The notes under the pieces: model-generated | The model's input: only the letters and a program-made list of their open reading frames with translations | Databases searched by the model: none | What the model was told of the DNA's origin: nothing | Shown here: positions 19,706 through 29,479 of the stretch, one piece after another | Position numbering within the stretch: the first letter of the stretch is position 1 | Layout: each line of letters opens with the position of its first letter | NCBI GenBank assembly: GCA_046757525.1 | Contig: JBHHYI010000011.1 | Span: 1-46,000, forward strand | Reading direction: 5' to 3' | Origin: a bacterium | GTDB taxonomy: Bacteria > Zhuqueibacterota > Zhuqueibacteria > Oceanimicrobiales > Oceanimicrobiaceae | Length of the DNA stretch: 46,000 nucleotides | Translations under genes and position numbers: made by a program

Positions 19706-20644
19706 TCAAACAGTTTTCGATACACTCCTATTTGTCAGAATCTCCTTAAAACCCTTGAACAAGGATGCGATAATTCCAAAATTGCCTTGTGTAAGCTGCC
19801 TGGTTATGAACCAGAACGTAGACCCGTAGACAAAGAACGGAATAGACATCCAGTGATACCAGCGTGCATACTTTTTGAAGAATTGGAAATTGCTTTTAAG
19901 CTTGTGCGTCACCTTGAACGGACTCAGCCCGCCGCCGGAGGTGGCCGAAACCTTGTGCCAGACTTTTGATTCTGGTACATAAACCAGTCGATAACCCGCT
20001 CTTCGGGTTCGCTCACACCAATCCGCATCTTCTGTGTAAATAAAATAAGCAGGATCCAGCAATCCCACTTGCTCAATCACGCCCCTTTTGACCAGCAGCG
20101 TGCAGCCAGTCAAATACGCCACGTCTTGTGTCTCGTTGTACTTCTGGGCATCGTGTTTCCGCAGTCCGCGATGAGCAATTTCCCCGCGCCAAAACGAGAT
20201 CGTGCCCCCTGCCGACCAGATCAAATCAGGTCGATCGAAGTGGTAAATCTTGGAGCCTGCCATGCCGATATGACCATCGGACTCCGCAACCTCTACCAAC
20301 CGGGTTAAAAAATCCTCCGCCACTCTGGTGTCATTATTTAACAGCAGCACGTAATCGGCGCCTTGTTTCAAAGCGTACTCAATGCCCACGTTGTTGCCTG
20401 TTGCAAAACGCAAATTCTCAGAGTTCTCTATAATTTCGACCCTACGGAAACTGCTGCGAACCGCCGCAACCGTTCCGTCAGTAGAGGCGTTGTCCACCAA
20501 ACAGATGCGCCAATTAGAGTACTCGATTTTTTCCAAAGAACTTAAACACGCCAGGGTGTCGGCTTTGCCATTCCAGGTCAAGACGATAATGTAGACCAGA
20601 GGTTGGGCGGGTTTCGCCCTGGCGGTCTTATTAGAATCATTCAA
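19706..20644 (-). CDS. Glycosyltransferase family 2
   Basis: 'IIVLTWN', 'VDNASTDGT', 'LLNNDT', 'YFIYTEDADWC', 'VWHKVS'. Confidence 0.9.
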   Translation of the reverse strand: MNDSNKTARAKPAQPLVYIIVLTWNGKADTLACLSSLEKIEYSNWRICLVDNASTDGTVAAVRSSFRRVEIIENSENLRFATGNNVGIEYALKQGADYVLLLNNDTRVAEDFLTRLVEVAESDGHIGMAGSKIYHFDRPDLIWSAGGTISFWRGEIAHRGLRKHDAQKYNETQDVAYLTGCTLLVKRGVIEQVGLLDPAYFIYTEDADWCERTRRAGYRLVYVPESKVWHKVSATSGGGLSPFKVTHKLKSNFQFFKKYARWYHWMSIPFFVYGSTFWFITRQLTQGNFGIIASLFKGFKEILTNRSVSKTV

Positions 20645-20991
20645 AACTTAAGTATCGATTTATCGAAAATTTAAGCAATTTCTTGCAACTTTGCAACTAA
20701 GTTTTTTGTAACAGTTCACCCGGTAGCGATCGTTAAGGATATTTATCCTGAACGTAAATTAATAGGGAACATCTGTTCTCGCAGCAGTCTCGATGGGGAT
20801 AAATATCCCGACTTAATGTGCGTTCAGCATAAACATACTGAACGATCCATCTACGGCCTGAACTGTTACAGTTTTTTGAATGTGAATTTGGTTCAGACTC
20901 AGGGAGGGATTCAGCGATAGGGGCACGGGGCATCCAGCACCGGGACGGAATCGTTTAGGTTTTTCCGCAGAGACCATCAGTTCCCTTGGCT

Positions 20992-21948
20992 TCAATCCAG
21001 CTCATTTTTCACCAGATACTCCATTCGGTCCTTCCTACTCTCGGTGATCATCTCGCCCAACAGCCCGATGGAAACAAATTGCACGCCGATGATGATGAGC
21101 AGAATGCCCAGGAAGAGCAGCGGTCGATTGGTCAAGAATTGGCCGTAAAACAACCGGGCAATGGCCAGATAGCCGCTTACGGCCACGCCTGCAATGAAGG
21201 TAAACAGACCTGCGAGGCCGAAAAGGTGCAATGGACGTTTGGTGTACCGGGTTATGAATAAAACCGTAATCAGATCGAAAAATCCTGCCACAAACCTGGA
21301 AAACCCGAATTTGCTCTTGCCGTACTTTCTCGGATGATGTTCGACGACGATTTCCCCAACTTTAAACCGTTCCCATTGGGCTAATACGGGCAAAAACCGA
21401 TGCAGTTGTCCGTAAACCTTGATGGTATCCGTCACCTCGCGCCGGTAGGCTTTGAGTCCGCAGTTGATATCGTGAATATGCAATCCAGTCAAAAGACAGG
21501 TCACGCGGTTGAACAGCTTTGAGGTGACTCGCTTCACCGCAGGGTCCTTGCGATTCTTCTTCCACCCCGAAACCAGGTCGTAACCCCCCTGCAACTTTTG
21601 CAGCAGATTGGGGATCTCTTTCGGATCGTCCTGCAAGTCAGCATCCAGCGTGACGATGATTTTGCCCCGAGCCTCTCTAAATCCCAGGGCCAGGGCTGCA
21701 GATTTGCCGTAATTCCTCCTGAATTGAATCACCCGCACCTGTCTGTCTTGCCCATGCAGCTTGCGCAGAACCTCGAAAGAACCATCCGTGGAGCCATCAT
21801 CGATGAACAGGATTTCTACTGGCTTCTCCAGGGTGCAAAGAACTTTAGCGAGTTGTTCATGAAGTGCCACAAGAGATTCTTGCTCATTAAAAAGAGGCAC
21901 CACTACAGACAGCTTCACCGCGTTCTTGTGTGCGTCTTCCTTTGCCAT
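20992..21948 (-). CDS. GT2 polyprenyl-phosphate glycosyltransferase (ArnC/GtrB/DPM1-like)
   Basis: 'IDDGSTDGS', 'RNYGKSAAL', 'LDADLQDDP', two C-terminal TMs. Confidence 0.9.
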   Translation of the reverse strand: MAKEDAHKNAVKLSVVVPLFNEQESLVALHEQLAKVLCTLEKPVEILFIDDGSTDGSFEVLRKLHGQDRQVRVIQFRRNYGKSAALALGFREARGKIIVTLDADLQDDPKEIPNLLQKLQGGYDLVSGWKKNRKDPAVKRVTSKLFNRVTCLLTGLHIHDINCGLKAYRREVTDTIKVYGQLHRFLPVLAQWERFKVGEIVVEHHPRKYGKSKFGFSRFVAGFFDLITVLFITRYTKRPLHLFGLAGLFTFIAGVAVSGYLAIARLFYGQFLTNRPLLFLGILLIIIGVQFVSIGLLGEMITESRKDRMEYLVKNELD

Positions 21949-21968
21949 CAGTCAGCTTGTTTAAGGCC

Positions 21969-22817
21969 TTATTTGATCTGTTCCCGCTCAACCCTCGGAT
22001 GATTCAGACTGCTCCAGTAGATTTTTTTGGCATTGTCGGGGAGCTTTAGTTTAAATTTTTTTGCAGGAATGTGCTTGTTCACTTTTTGCCTGGTGTAATA
22101 AACCGTCACTCTCTCTTTGGCGCGAGGCCGAGTTAAGCGAATCGTCTTCGGCAGCATCAGGCCTTTAGTCTTGTGGATGCGGCGAAACTCCTTGGTCAAA
22201 ATGAGCTGGCCGCGTTCGTTGAAAAGCTCGCTTTTGGTTACGAGAAACTTTTTGGGATCGACCCACTGCTTGACATATCCCTGGCTCAACTGATTTGTCA
22301 CCACGTATTTGCCACGCACAAAATCAACAGTGGACGTTGAATCCACCAGGATTTGCAGCAGGCCGGTAAAAACTTCGTAGAGTTCCTCAGTAGTCAATTC
22401 CACCTGCAGAAAGTCCCTGAGGTCCAAAGTCTTAACTTCACCGTAATAGAAAGTATTTTCTCGCGGGGCATAAGCACCAAAGAGTTGGTGGTTCATGAAC
22501 AACACGCCAATGTCGATTCCTAACATGGCCTCTGTCTTGACCAGCACGGAATCCGGCATGTTCAAATAAACGCTTGCAAAGCCGTTGTAGCCGTGGCCAG
22601 GCAACTCAATGACTACGCGAGCTTTGCCTTCAAAGCTCAGTAATTTCAGGTAGTTGTCCCTGACCTTGGCCTGTAAGAACTGGGGACTGATTTGAGAGAG
22701 ATCGGGAGTTTTGTTTTTGAAAGACGAAGCGCAGTGAATAGAAAAAACACTTACAACCAAAAAAAATAAGTACAGGCTCATCGAGGGGGCCAATCGCCTG
22801 CAATCTTTTTTTGCCAA
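21969..22817 (-). CDS. DUF4292-like putative lipoprotein
   Basis: Hydrophobic N-terminus with lipobox-like 'IHCASS'; 'DSVLVK...LGID'; directly follows a TPR gene, as often seen in Bacteroidota. Confidence 0.65.
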   Translation of the reverse strand: MAKKDCRRLAPSMSLYLFFLVVSVFSIHCASSFKNKTPDLSQISPQFLQAKVRDNYLKLLSFEGKARVVIELPGHGYNGFASVYLNMPDSVLVKTEAMLGIDIGVLFMNHQLFGAYAPRENTFYYGEVKTLDLRDFLQVELTTEELYEVFTGLLQILVDSTSTVDFVRGKYVVTNQLSQGYVKQWVDPKKFLVTKSELFNERGQLILTKEFRRIHKTKGLMLPKTIRLTRPRAKERVTVYYTRQKVNKHIPAKKFKLKLPDNAKKIYWSSLNHPRVEREQIK

Positions 22818-22818
22818 T

Positions 22819-24543
22819 TTAGAATTTCTTATTATTTGAGGCCTTTAGTTTGGTTAGAACACTTTCTCGATCCGGTTCCAATTGCTTCGCCTGTTCCCAA
22901 TATTGGCGGGCGAGGTCTGGTTTTCCCAGTTTTTCATAGACATCTCCGAGATGCTCCATGACTTCGGCAGAATTCTCTCGCTGGTCGACGGATTTTTGAA
23001 TGTATTCGAGAGCCATATCGTAGTCACCCATCTGGAAATAAATCCATCCGATGGTATCGAGGAACGCGCCATTTTGAGCATCCAACTTCAGAGCCTTTTG
23101 CACCATGTCCAGAGCCTCGTCCAGTCGTTGCCCCCGTTCGGAGAGGCTGTAGCTGTAATTGTTGAGAATGACCGCATTGTCCGGGTCTATTTCCAGGGCT
23201 CGATGATAGTAGTCATCGCTCTTTTTGTGGTCGCCAAGTTCATCGTACGCTGCGGCCAGGTTGGCCAGGGTCAGAGGATTGTCCTTGGCAACTTCAAGGG
23301 ATTTGTTCAGATATTCGATGGCCTCTTCATATTTTTTCTTTTGGTATAGCAGCGAACCGAGATAAAAATTGGTACCCGGATGCCTGGGTACTAAAGATTG
23401 GGCTTTCCGCAAGTTCTCTTCAGCCAAATCCAAATTGCCCTTTTGCTGATTGGCTAAGCCGAGACGAAACCAGGCGTCGGGAAGCCTGTCATTGAGGGCA
23501 ACGGTTTTTTCAAAATAAACGATGCTATCGTCCAGCTTCCCACTTGAATAATAAATCATGCCTAACTTAAAATAGCCCCGCCAATCTTCTGGGTATTTCT
23601 TGGTAACCTCCTTGAAGATCTCCTGGGCCTTTAGAGTATCGCCCTTTTGATAATACAAGTCGCCGATTTCAAGTCTATACTCGATGGCCGAAGAGTCGAC
23701 GGCCAGTGCATCCTTAAACAATCGAATCGCAGAATCCCAATCGCTGAGCACCAAATAGGTCTTGGCCAATTCATTGCGAACATTCTTAAAGTTAGCATTT
23801 TCCTTGATGGATTCCCTGTACCACTCAATGGTTTTGGTGGTATCTTTCTGGGTAATGAGAACCGAACCTACCGCCAGATAGCCGCGTTCGTCCTCTGGAA
23901 ACTCGCGCACGTAATGTCTATATACACTCAGCGCTTTGTCATACTCTTTTTCGTTGTAGTAGATGTTGCCCAATTCCAGCCAGATATCCCGGGTGGCCTG
24001 GCCAATGTCAATCAGATACTCGTACTCAGCAGCAGCTTCTTTGGTCTTGTTCTGGGCCAAATAGATGGCCGCTAAGTTTAGGTGGGCATCAATTTTGCTG
24101 GAATCGTATTTGATGATGGTTAGATATTCGGATGCCGCAAGGTCCAATTCGCCTTCGCGGTGATAAATCCTCGCTAGAAGCTCGCGGCTCTCCAGAAATG
24201 TCGGATCGAAGCGCAGTCCTTTCCGGAGCACATGTTTTGCACTTTCGATTTTGCCGAGGTAAATGTAATCTCTGGCGATGGCATTGTAAATCGCCGCTGA
24301 AGTCGAGTCATAGAGCAAGGCCTCCTGGTAGGCCAATAAAGCCTTGGTGTACTCTTCCTTCAAGTCGTAAATCGAGCCTTGAATGACGAGATCCGCTGCT
24401 TTGGTGTCAAACGAGCTCTTCTTGGACGACCTCGGCTTTTGAAAATTCTCGTGAATAAGCTTTGAGGATCCATGGGCATAACAGCCTACCCAAAAAAACA
24501 ATAAGAAGACCGTTAGGTATGTTTTGTACTTGTTAAAATACAT
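22819..24543 (-). CDS. Tetratricopeptide repeat protein (probable lipoprotein)
   Basis: Many TPRs; 'LNNYSYSL..RG..LDEAL', 'FLDTIGWIYF', 'EHLGDVY'; ATG at 24543 with GGAG RBS preferred over 24672. Confidence 0.9.
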   Translation of the reverse strand: MYFNKYKTYLTVFLLFFWVGCYAHGSSKLIHENFQKPRSSKKSSFDTKAADLVIQGSIYDLKEEYTKALLAYQEALLYDSTSAAIYNAIARDYIYLGKIESAKHVLRKGLRFDPTFLESRELLARIYHREGELDLAASEYLTIIKYDSSKIDAHLNLAAIYLAQNKTKEAAAEYEYLIDIGQATRDIWLELGNIYYNEKEYDKALSVYRHYVREFPEDERGYLAVGSVLITQKDTTKTIEWYRESIKENANFKNVRNELAKTYLVLSDWDSAIRLFKDALAVDSSAIEYRLEIGDLYYQKGDTLKAQEIFKEVTKKYPEDWRGYFKLGMIYYSSGKLDDSIVYFEKTVALNDRLPDAWFRLGLANQQKGNLDLAEENLRKAQSLVPRHPGTNFYLGSLLYQKKKYEEAIEYLNKSLEVAKDNPLTLANLAAAYDELGDHKKSDDYYHRALEIDPDNAVILNNYSYSLSERGQRLDEALDMVQKALKLDAQNGAFLDTIGWIYFQMGDYDMALEYIQKSVDQRENSAEVMEHLGDVYEKLGKPDLARQYWEQAKQLEPDRESVLTKLKASNNKKF

Positions 24544-24577
24544 CAGAATATCCTCTCCAAATAACTCTAAACACAAA

Positions 24578-24606
24578 AATATATTACAAATTTCCGACAA
24601 ATTCAA
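24578..24606 (-). promoter_or_regulatory. Putative sigma70 promoter for the TPR operon
   Basis: TTGAAT-N17-TATATT. Confidence 0.5.
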
Positions 24607-24625
24607 CAAAAATCTGTTCCAATTC

Positions 24626-24654
24626 TTGACATGCTTAAATAATATTGTTATTTT
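24626..24654 (+). promoter_or_regulatory. Putative sigma70 promoter facing the asparaginase gene
   Basis: TTGACA-N17-TATTTT with TG extended -10. Confidence 0.5.
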
Positions 24655-24893
24655 GTCTCGAAGATAAGTCATTATTTAACACCTTATTAATCTGTCGCCT
24701 CTTGATGAGAACCTATTTGGAGCCATGCGGCTGCCTGTTACCCAAAGCCACGCAAAGAGTCGCTTTCCCTCATGTTCAGAACGTAGAACGACTCGGAATA
24801 CAGGTAGAAATTCTAAAGAGTTAGCGCTTAACCATAAATGCTGTTTATCGGCAAATTATTTCCACTAGTTTATAACAAAAACGGAGGCAAATC

Positions 24894-25943
24894 ATGTCCA
24901 GGACTTTGAACCGCAGAAAATTCATGAAAAGCATCGCCGGAGTAGGAATAACCGCCCCGTTATTCAGCGGATTCCCTGAAATCCTTGTGCCGCACAAAAA
25001 GGTGGTCGCTCGAAGGCCCATCGTGCTTTGTAGTCGTGGAGAAACCTGGGGGCAGAAGGTCTTAACCCCTGCCTGGGAGATTTTGAGCAACCAGGGCAAC
25101 GTGCTCGATGCCGTTGAGAAAGGCGCAAACGTGGTCGAACTGGACCCCGAAGATAGGTCCGTCGGTTATGGCGGCCGGCCCAACGAGGAAGGCGTGGTGC
25201 AATTAGACGCCTCGGTCATGTACGGCCCGACGCACAATTGTGGCTCGGTCGCCAGCATAGAAAACATCAAAACCCCGTGTTCCGTCGCACGCCTGGTGAT
25301 GGAACGGACGGACCACATGCTGCTGGTGGGGGAGGGCGCGTTGCGCTTTGCCAAAGCACACGGCTTTAAGGAAGAAGACCTGCTGACCGAGAAATCCCGC
25401 ATCGAGTGGCTGAAATGGAAAGAGAATCTCAGCGACAAAGACGATTGGTTTCCCCCTGCTGATGGCAAATATGAGGAAGAGGAAAGGAAAACCGGCACCA
25501 TCAACGTGTTAGGCATCGATCAGGATGGCAATGTTGCCGGCATCACCACCACCAGCGGATTGGCCTGGAAAATCCCGGGACGCGTGGGCGATTCCCCAAT
25601 TATCGGCGCGGGTTTGTATGTAGACAACGAAGTAGGAGCGGCCGGTGCCACCGGAAGAGGGGAAGAAGTCATCCGTACCTGCGGTAGTTTCTTCGTGGTG
25701 GAAAAAATGCGCAGTGGCATGGCGCCGCAGGAAGCGTGCGAAGCCATGTGCCAGCACATCATCGACATCAATGGTGGCCCGGAAAAGGTTGATTTCACTG
25801 ACAAATTCGTTGCCATCAACCTGGCCGGTGAAGTCGGCTGCGCCGCCGTCCGCGGCAAAAAGGGCGAAGAACCGGAAGCCTCTTTTTACACAAAGGACGG
25901 GTTCAGAGTCATCAAAGCGAAGGTTCTCATCGAGATGAAATAA
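24894..25943 (+). CDS. N(4)-(beta-N-acetylglucosaminyl)-L-asparaginase (Ntn hydrolase), Tat-exported
   Basis: Tat motif 'NRRKFMK'; 'SVGYGG.P', 'LDASVM', nucleophile 'GTI', 'TSGLAWKIPGRVGDSPIIGAG', 'TGRGEE'. Confidence 0.9.
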   Translation: MSRTLNRRKFMKSIAGVGITAPLFSGFPEILVPHKKVVARRPIVLCSRGETWGQKVLTPAWEILSNQGNVLDAVEKGANVVELDPEDRSVGYGGRPNEEGVVQLDASVMYGPTHNCGSVASIENIKTPCSVARLVMERTDHMLLVGEGALRFAKAHGFKEEDLLTEKSRIEWLKWKENLSDKDDWFPPADGKYEEEERKTGTINVLGIDQDGNVAGITTTSGLAWKIPGRVGDSPIIGAGLYVDNEVGAAGATGRGEEVIRTCGSFFVVEKMRSGMAPQEACEAMCQHIIDINGGPEKVDFTDKFVAINLAGEVGCAAVRGKKGEEPEASFYTKDGFRVIKAKVLIEMK

Positions 25944-26164
25944 ATTCTGCCTACTTGCAGTAGAAAGATTTTTCCAGAAGAATAGCTCCAGCAGGCTCAG
26001 AGGTAGCCAGCGGGGGGTATAGGTTGCCCACCTGCGCGCCCCCAGGTTCGGCCAGAGTGTCAAAATGCTGCTTTTGCGGTAATGAGGCAACGACATCTTT
26101 TGCAACCGGCTATGGTTACTTTTTTTATGAGTCAATCCGGTGACTTTTGCTCAAATTTTTTTTG

Positions 26165-26193
26165 TTGACAAAAGCGATATATTTTTGTATATT
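26165..26193 (+). promoter_or_regulatory. sigma70 promoter of rpsT
   Basis: TTGACA-N17-TATATT, ~47 bp upstream of the ATG. Confidence 0.7.
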
Positions 26194-26240
26194 TTGATGT
26201 TGATTTTCTACAAAACAGGGAAAGGAACAGTTATCTAACG

Positions 26241-26492
26241 ATGGCAATTCACCAATCTGTAATAAAGCGGGCCCGTCAAAGCGAAAAGGCAAGGCGGCGC
26301 AATCAGAGATACAAATCCGCCATGAAAACGAGCATCAAGAAGCTTCTATCTACAACAGACAAGGAAGCCGCTGAGAACACTCTGAGAAACACGGTTTCCT
26401 TGCTTGATAAAATGGTTACCAAAGGCATTATTCACAAAAACAATGCCGCAAACAAGAAGTCAAGATTAAGCAAATTCATGAACAGTTTGTAG
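26241..26492 (+). CDS. rpsT: 30S ribosomal protein S20
   Basis: 'KRARQSEKARRRN...KSAMKTSIKK...DK...KGIIHKNNAANKKSRL'. Confidence 0.97.
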   Translation: MAIHQSVIKRARQSEKARRRNQRYKSAMKTSIKKLLSTTDKEAAENTLRNTVSLLDKMVTKGIIHKNNAANKKSRLSKFMNSL

Positions 26493-26517
26493 CACAGGCA
26501 GTTCAGGTTTAGCCATT

Positions 26518-26585
26518 AAACCGGGCGAGCAAATCAAGACCGGTAACTCCCCCTAATCCCGGTCGTGAGAAGCGAGCCCGGTTTT

Positions 26586-26587
<2 letters not shown>
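26518..26587. terminator. Long nested hairpin between convergent rpsT and guaB, probable terminator
   Basis: AAACCGGGC...GCCCGGTTT outer stem followed by a T-tract; inner GACCGG/CCGGTC stem. Confidence 0.55.
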
Positions 26588-28157
<1,570 letters not shown>

Positions 28158-28216
28158 TCATAGCGAGGATTTTGGCCCGTGGTTTGTGCCTATCAAGAGG
28201 AAAGGGGACAGCAATC

Positions 28217-29458
28217 TCAATCCGGATGATCGCTCTTGTTGATGAATCTCTTCAGATAGGATCCAAATTTGTTGATGGGAGAGTTGGTCTCTTTGCCGTT
28301 CAGGACCTGAGGCAGGACGCTTTCTGTGGATTCAGCCTCCGGCTTCTTTGACTGGGTCAATTCGGCCTTCAGCACCTTTTCAAAGTTTCTGGAAAGCGCC
28401 TGGATGACTTCTTCGTCCGCGCGGGAGCCTGCCAATTGATTGTTTAAGTATTTCAAGGATTGATCCAACAGATCCAAAATATATTCCGGCACCGGTTCAG
28501 TTTCCAACAATTTTTCGTACGTTAGTTTCTTGAGCGAATCGATAATCAGAATCAGATTCTGGTCCTTGGAGCTCTTAACCGACGTCTGCAAGGCGTCGCA
28601 AGCCTGGCGAATTTCCTGAACTGCTTCCACCGACAATGGGACCATCTGCAGTTCATAGACTGCCTGTTCTATGGTATCCAGGTATCTCTTGTCCTCTGAG
28701 GTGAGGCTTTGTCTTTCAACCACGGTGGCTTCCTGCCGGCGCCCTTGTGAATGGCTGGGATCATTAACCGGGCTCGACAAGACGGTGGTCACCGGCAGAC
28801 GTTCGGGATCGTCAGATTTCTTCGCCTCTGATCCCGCGGAACCCGCTAAGGTCATAATGGAATCGAGCTCCCGAATATCGAACAGATCATCGATTTCGTT
28901 GCCATTTTCCCTGCCGGAAGTCCTGGTCTTTCCATCGCCGTCGTCGAGGAATCGAAACGGCAGCTCCAACTGTCTGGCAAACAAGCGATCAAATTTCCTA
29001 CCTAATCTGTCGGTGCAGGCCTTGATTTTTTTTTGTCGAATTTCTACCTGTTCGTCGAGTTTCTCCATATTCATCTGCAACTCAATGCGCTCTTCCATTT
29101 CCAGCACTTTGTGGATGGCACCAGCAGCAATCTGTACTTTTGAAATAAAGTCCTTGTCCAACGTGTACTGTTGCTGCAAAATCCGGCCGGCGGCAGACTT
29201 GATTTTTTCGGCGATGTTTTCAACCCCCTCATACCCGTGAATCATTGCCAGGTCTTCAATAGACTGGGCTGCATTTTTGAGTTTGCTTAGCCCCTGGCTC
29301 TTGCCTTCACCATTTGCCAGTCCTGACAAAGACAAATCGATTTGCTGGAGATGCCTGCGGACCTCGTCAAAATAATAGTACCTTAGTGAAGTTCTACCGT
29401 CAGAAGACTGTGGAACTGGCAATGAATCTGGGGGGCCTTCGACCATATATATTTTCAT
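28217..29458 (-). CDS. Hypothetical protein with two His-less Hpt-like helical bundles and a C-terminal amphipathic helix
   Basis: 'YFDEVRRHLQQIDLSL...LKNAAQSIEDLAMIHGYEGVENIAEKI' follows the Hpt pattern with Q at the His site; a second, weaker repeat; C-terminal 'INKFGSYLKRFINK'. Confidence 0.7.
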   Translation of the reverse strand: MKIYMVEGPPDSLPVPQSSDGRTSLRYYYFDEVRRHLQQIDLSLSGLANGEGKSQGLSKLKNAAQSIEDLAMIHGYEGVENIAEKIKSAAGRILQQQYTLDKDFISKVQIAAGAIHKVLEMEERIELQMNMEKLDEQVEIRQKKIKACTDRLGRKFDRLFARQLELPFRFLDDGDGKTRTSGRENGNEIDDLFDIRELDSIMTLAGSAGSEAKKSDDPERLPVTTVLSSPVNDPSHSQGRRQEATVVERQSLTSEDKRYLDTIEQAVYELQMVPLSVEAVQEIRQACDALQTSVKSSKDQNLILIIDSLKKLTYEKLLETEPVPEYILDLLDQSLKYLNNQLAGSRADEEVIQALSRNFEKVLKAELTQSKKPEAESTESVLPQVLNGKETNSPINKFGSYLKRFINKSDHPD

Positions 29459-29479
29459 ACCGAATAGCCTAAAAGCTTG

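Noticed and set aside
20733..20995. Short ORFs of 60-66 aa between the two GT2 genes
   Set aside because: No recognisable motifs or clear RBS; they cannot be supported as genes or as a pseudogene.
24544..24672. N-terminal extension of the TPR protein
   Set aside because: It spans AT-rich divergent promoters; the ATG at 24543 has an RBS and starts a signal-like sequence.
24670..24712. Minus-strand 'CTCATCAAGAG...AAGGTGTTAAAT' resembling SAM-I riboswitch ends
   Set aside because: The P2/P3 core (GAGGGA..GGCCC..GCAACC) is absent and the downstream gene is unrelated to sulfur metabolism.
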